A stretch of 64,000 bases of DNA from Dictyostelium discoideum. Its lineage: Eukaryota. Below, piece after piece: positions 63,848 through 64,000 of the stretch. The translations under genes were made by a program, and so were the position numbers. The stretch covers positions 6,048,001 to 6,112,000 of the forward strand of contig CM000151.3 of the NCBI GenBank assembly GCA_000004695.1. Direction: 5' to 3'. Position 1 is the stretch's first letter, and every line of letters begins with the position of its first letter. A model generated the notes under the pieces. That model saw only the letters and a program-made list of their open reading frames with translations. It was not told the DNA's origin and made no database searches.

Positions 63848-64000
63848 TTTTTTTTATTATCTAAACCTATATTATATTTTTAAAATATAATATATAAATA
63901 AATAAAAAAAAAAAACAAAAAAATAAAATTTTTTTTTAAATTAGTTTTTAATAAGAAAAAAAAAAAAAAATGAAAAAAATAAAATTATTTTTTTTTTTTT

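Overview
This 64-kb window is AT-rich (about 22% GC) nuclear DNA with the hallmarks of Dictyostelium discoideum. It has very long poly-A/T runs, in-frame (AAT)n and (CAA)n repeats coding poly-Asn/poly-Gln, and short AT-rich introns (74-370 nt) with GTAAGT/GTATGT donors and TAG/AAG acceptors. There are no prokaryotic features, CRISPR arrays, rRNA or tRNA genes. From homology reasoning and manual splice-site reconstruction I recognise about 27 protein-coding genes on both strands. Most are housekeeping: a PIP5K-family kinase, an AsnB-type asparagine synthetase, an ABCF ATPase, an AcpS-type phosphopantetheinyl transferase, TFIIH p34, DCAF7/WDR68, PDS5, an NCS-family calcium sensor, RPS24, Cmc1, TBP, CSN8, endonuclease V, a half-size ABCA transporter, PP1c and SRP54. 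The rest are secreted EGF-like/Ser-rich proteins, a tandem pair of paralogous two-TM membrane proteins, and several low-complexity hypothetical proteins. Several of these gene models need splicing that a plain ORF track cannot see. The most interesting unexplained signal is in the 4-kb gene desert at 31-35 kb. It contains a tandem cluster of three paralogous two-exon micro-genes (10-nt first exon, 74-91-nt intron, 52-58-aa products with a conserved C-terminal TRPNF motif) that a simple ORF scan cannot detect. Other points to check: an apparent +1 frameshift near the 5' end of the PDS5 CDS; an unresolved exon junction in a large low-complexity gene; an AsnB-type gene with an altered PP-loop; a CARP/TBCC beta-helix protein ending in a SEC-C motif; a SHOCT-like N-terminus on EndoV; and several GC-containing palindromes/inverted repeats in otherwise AT-only intergenic DNA.
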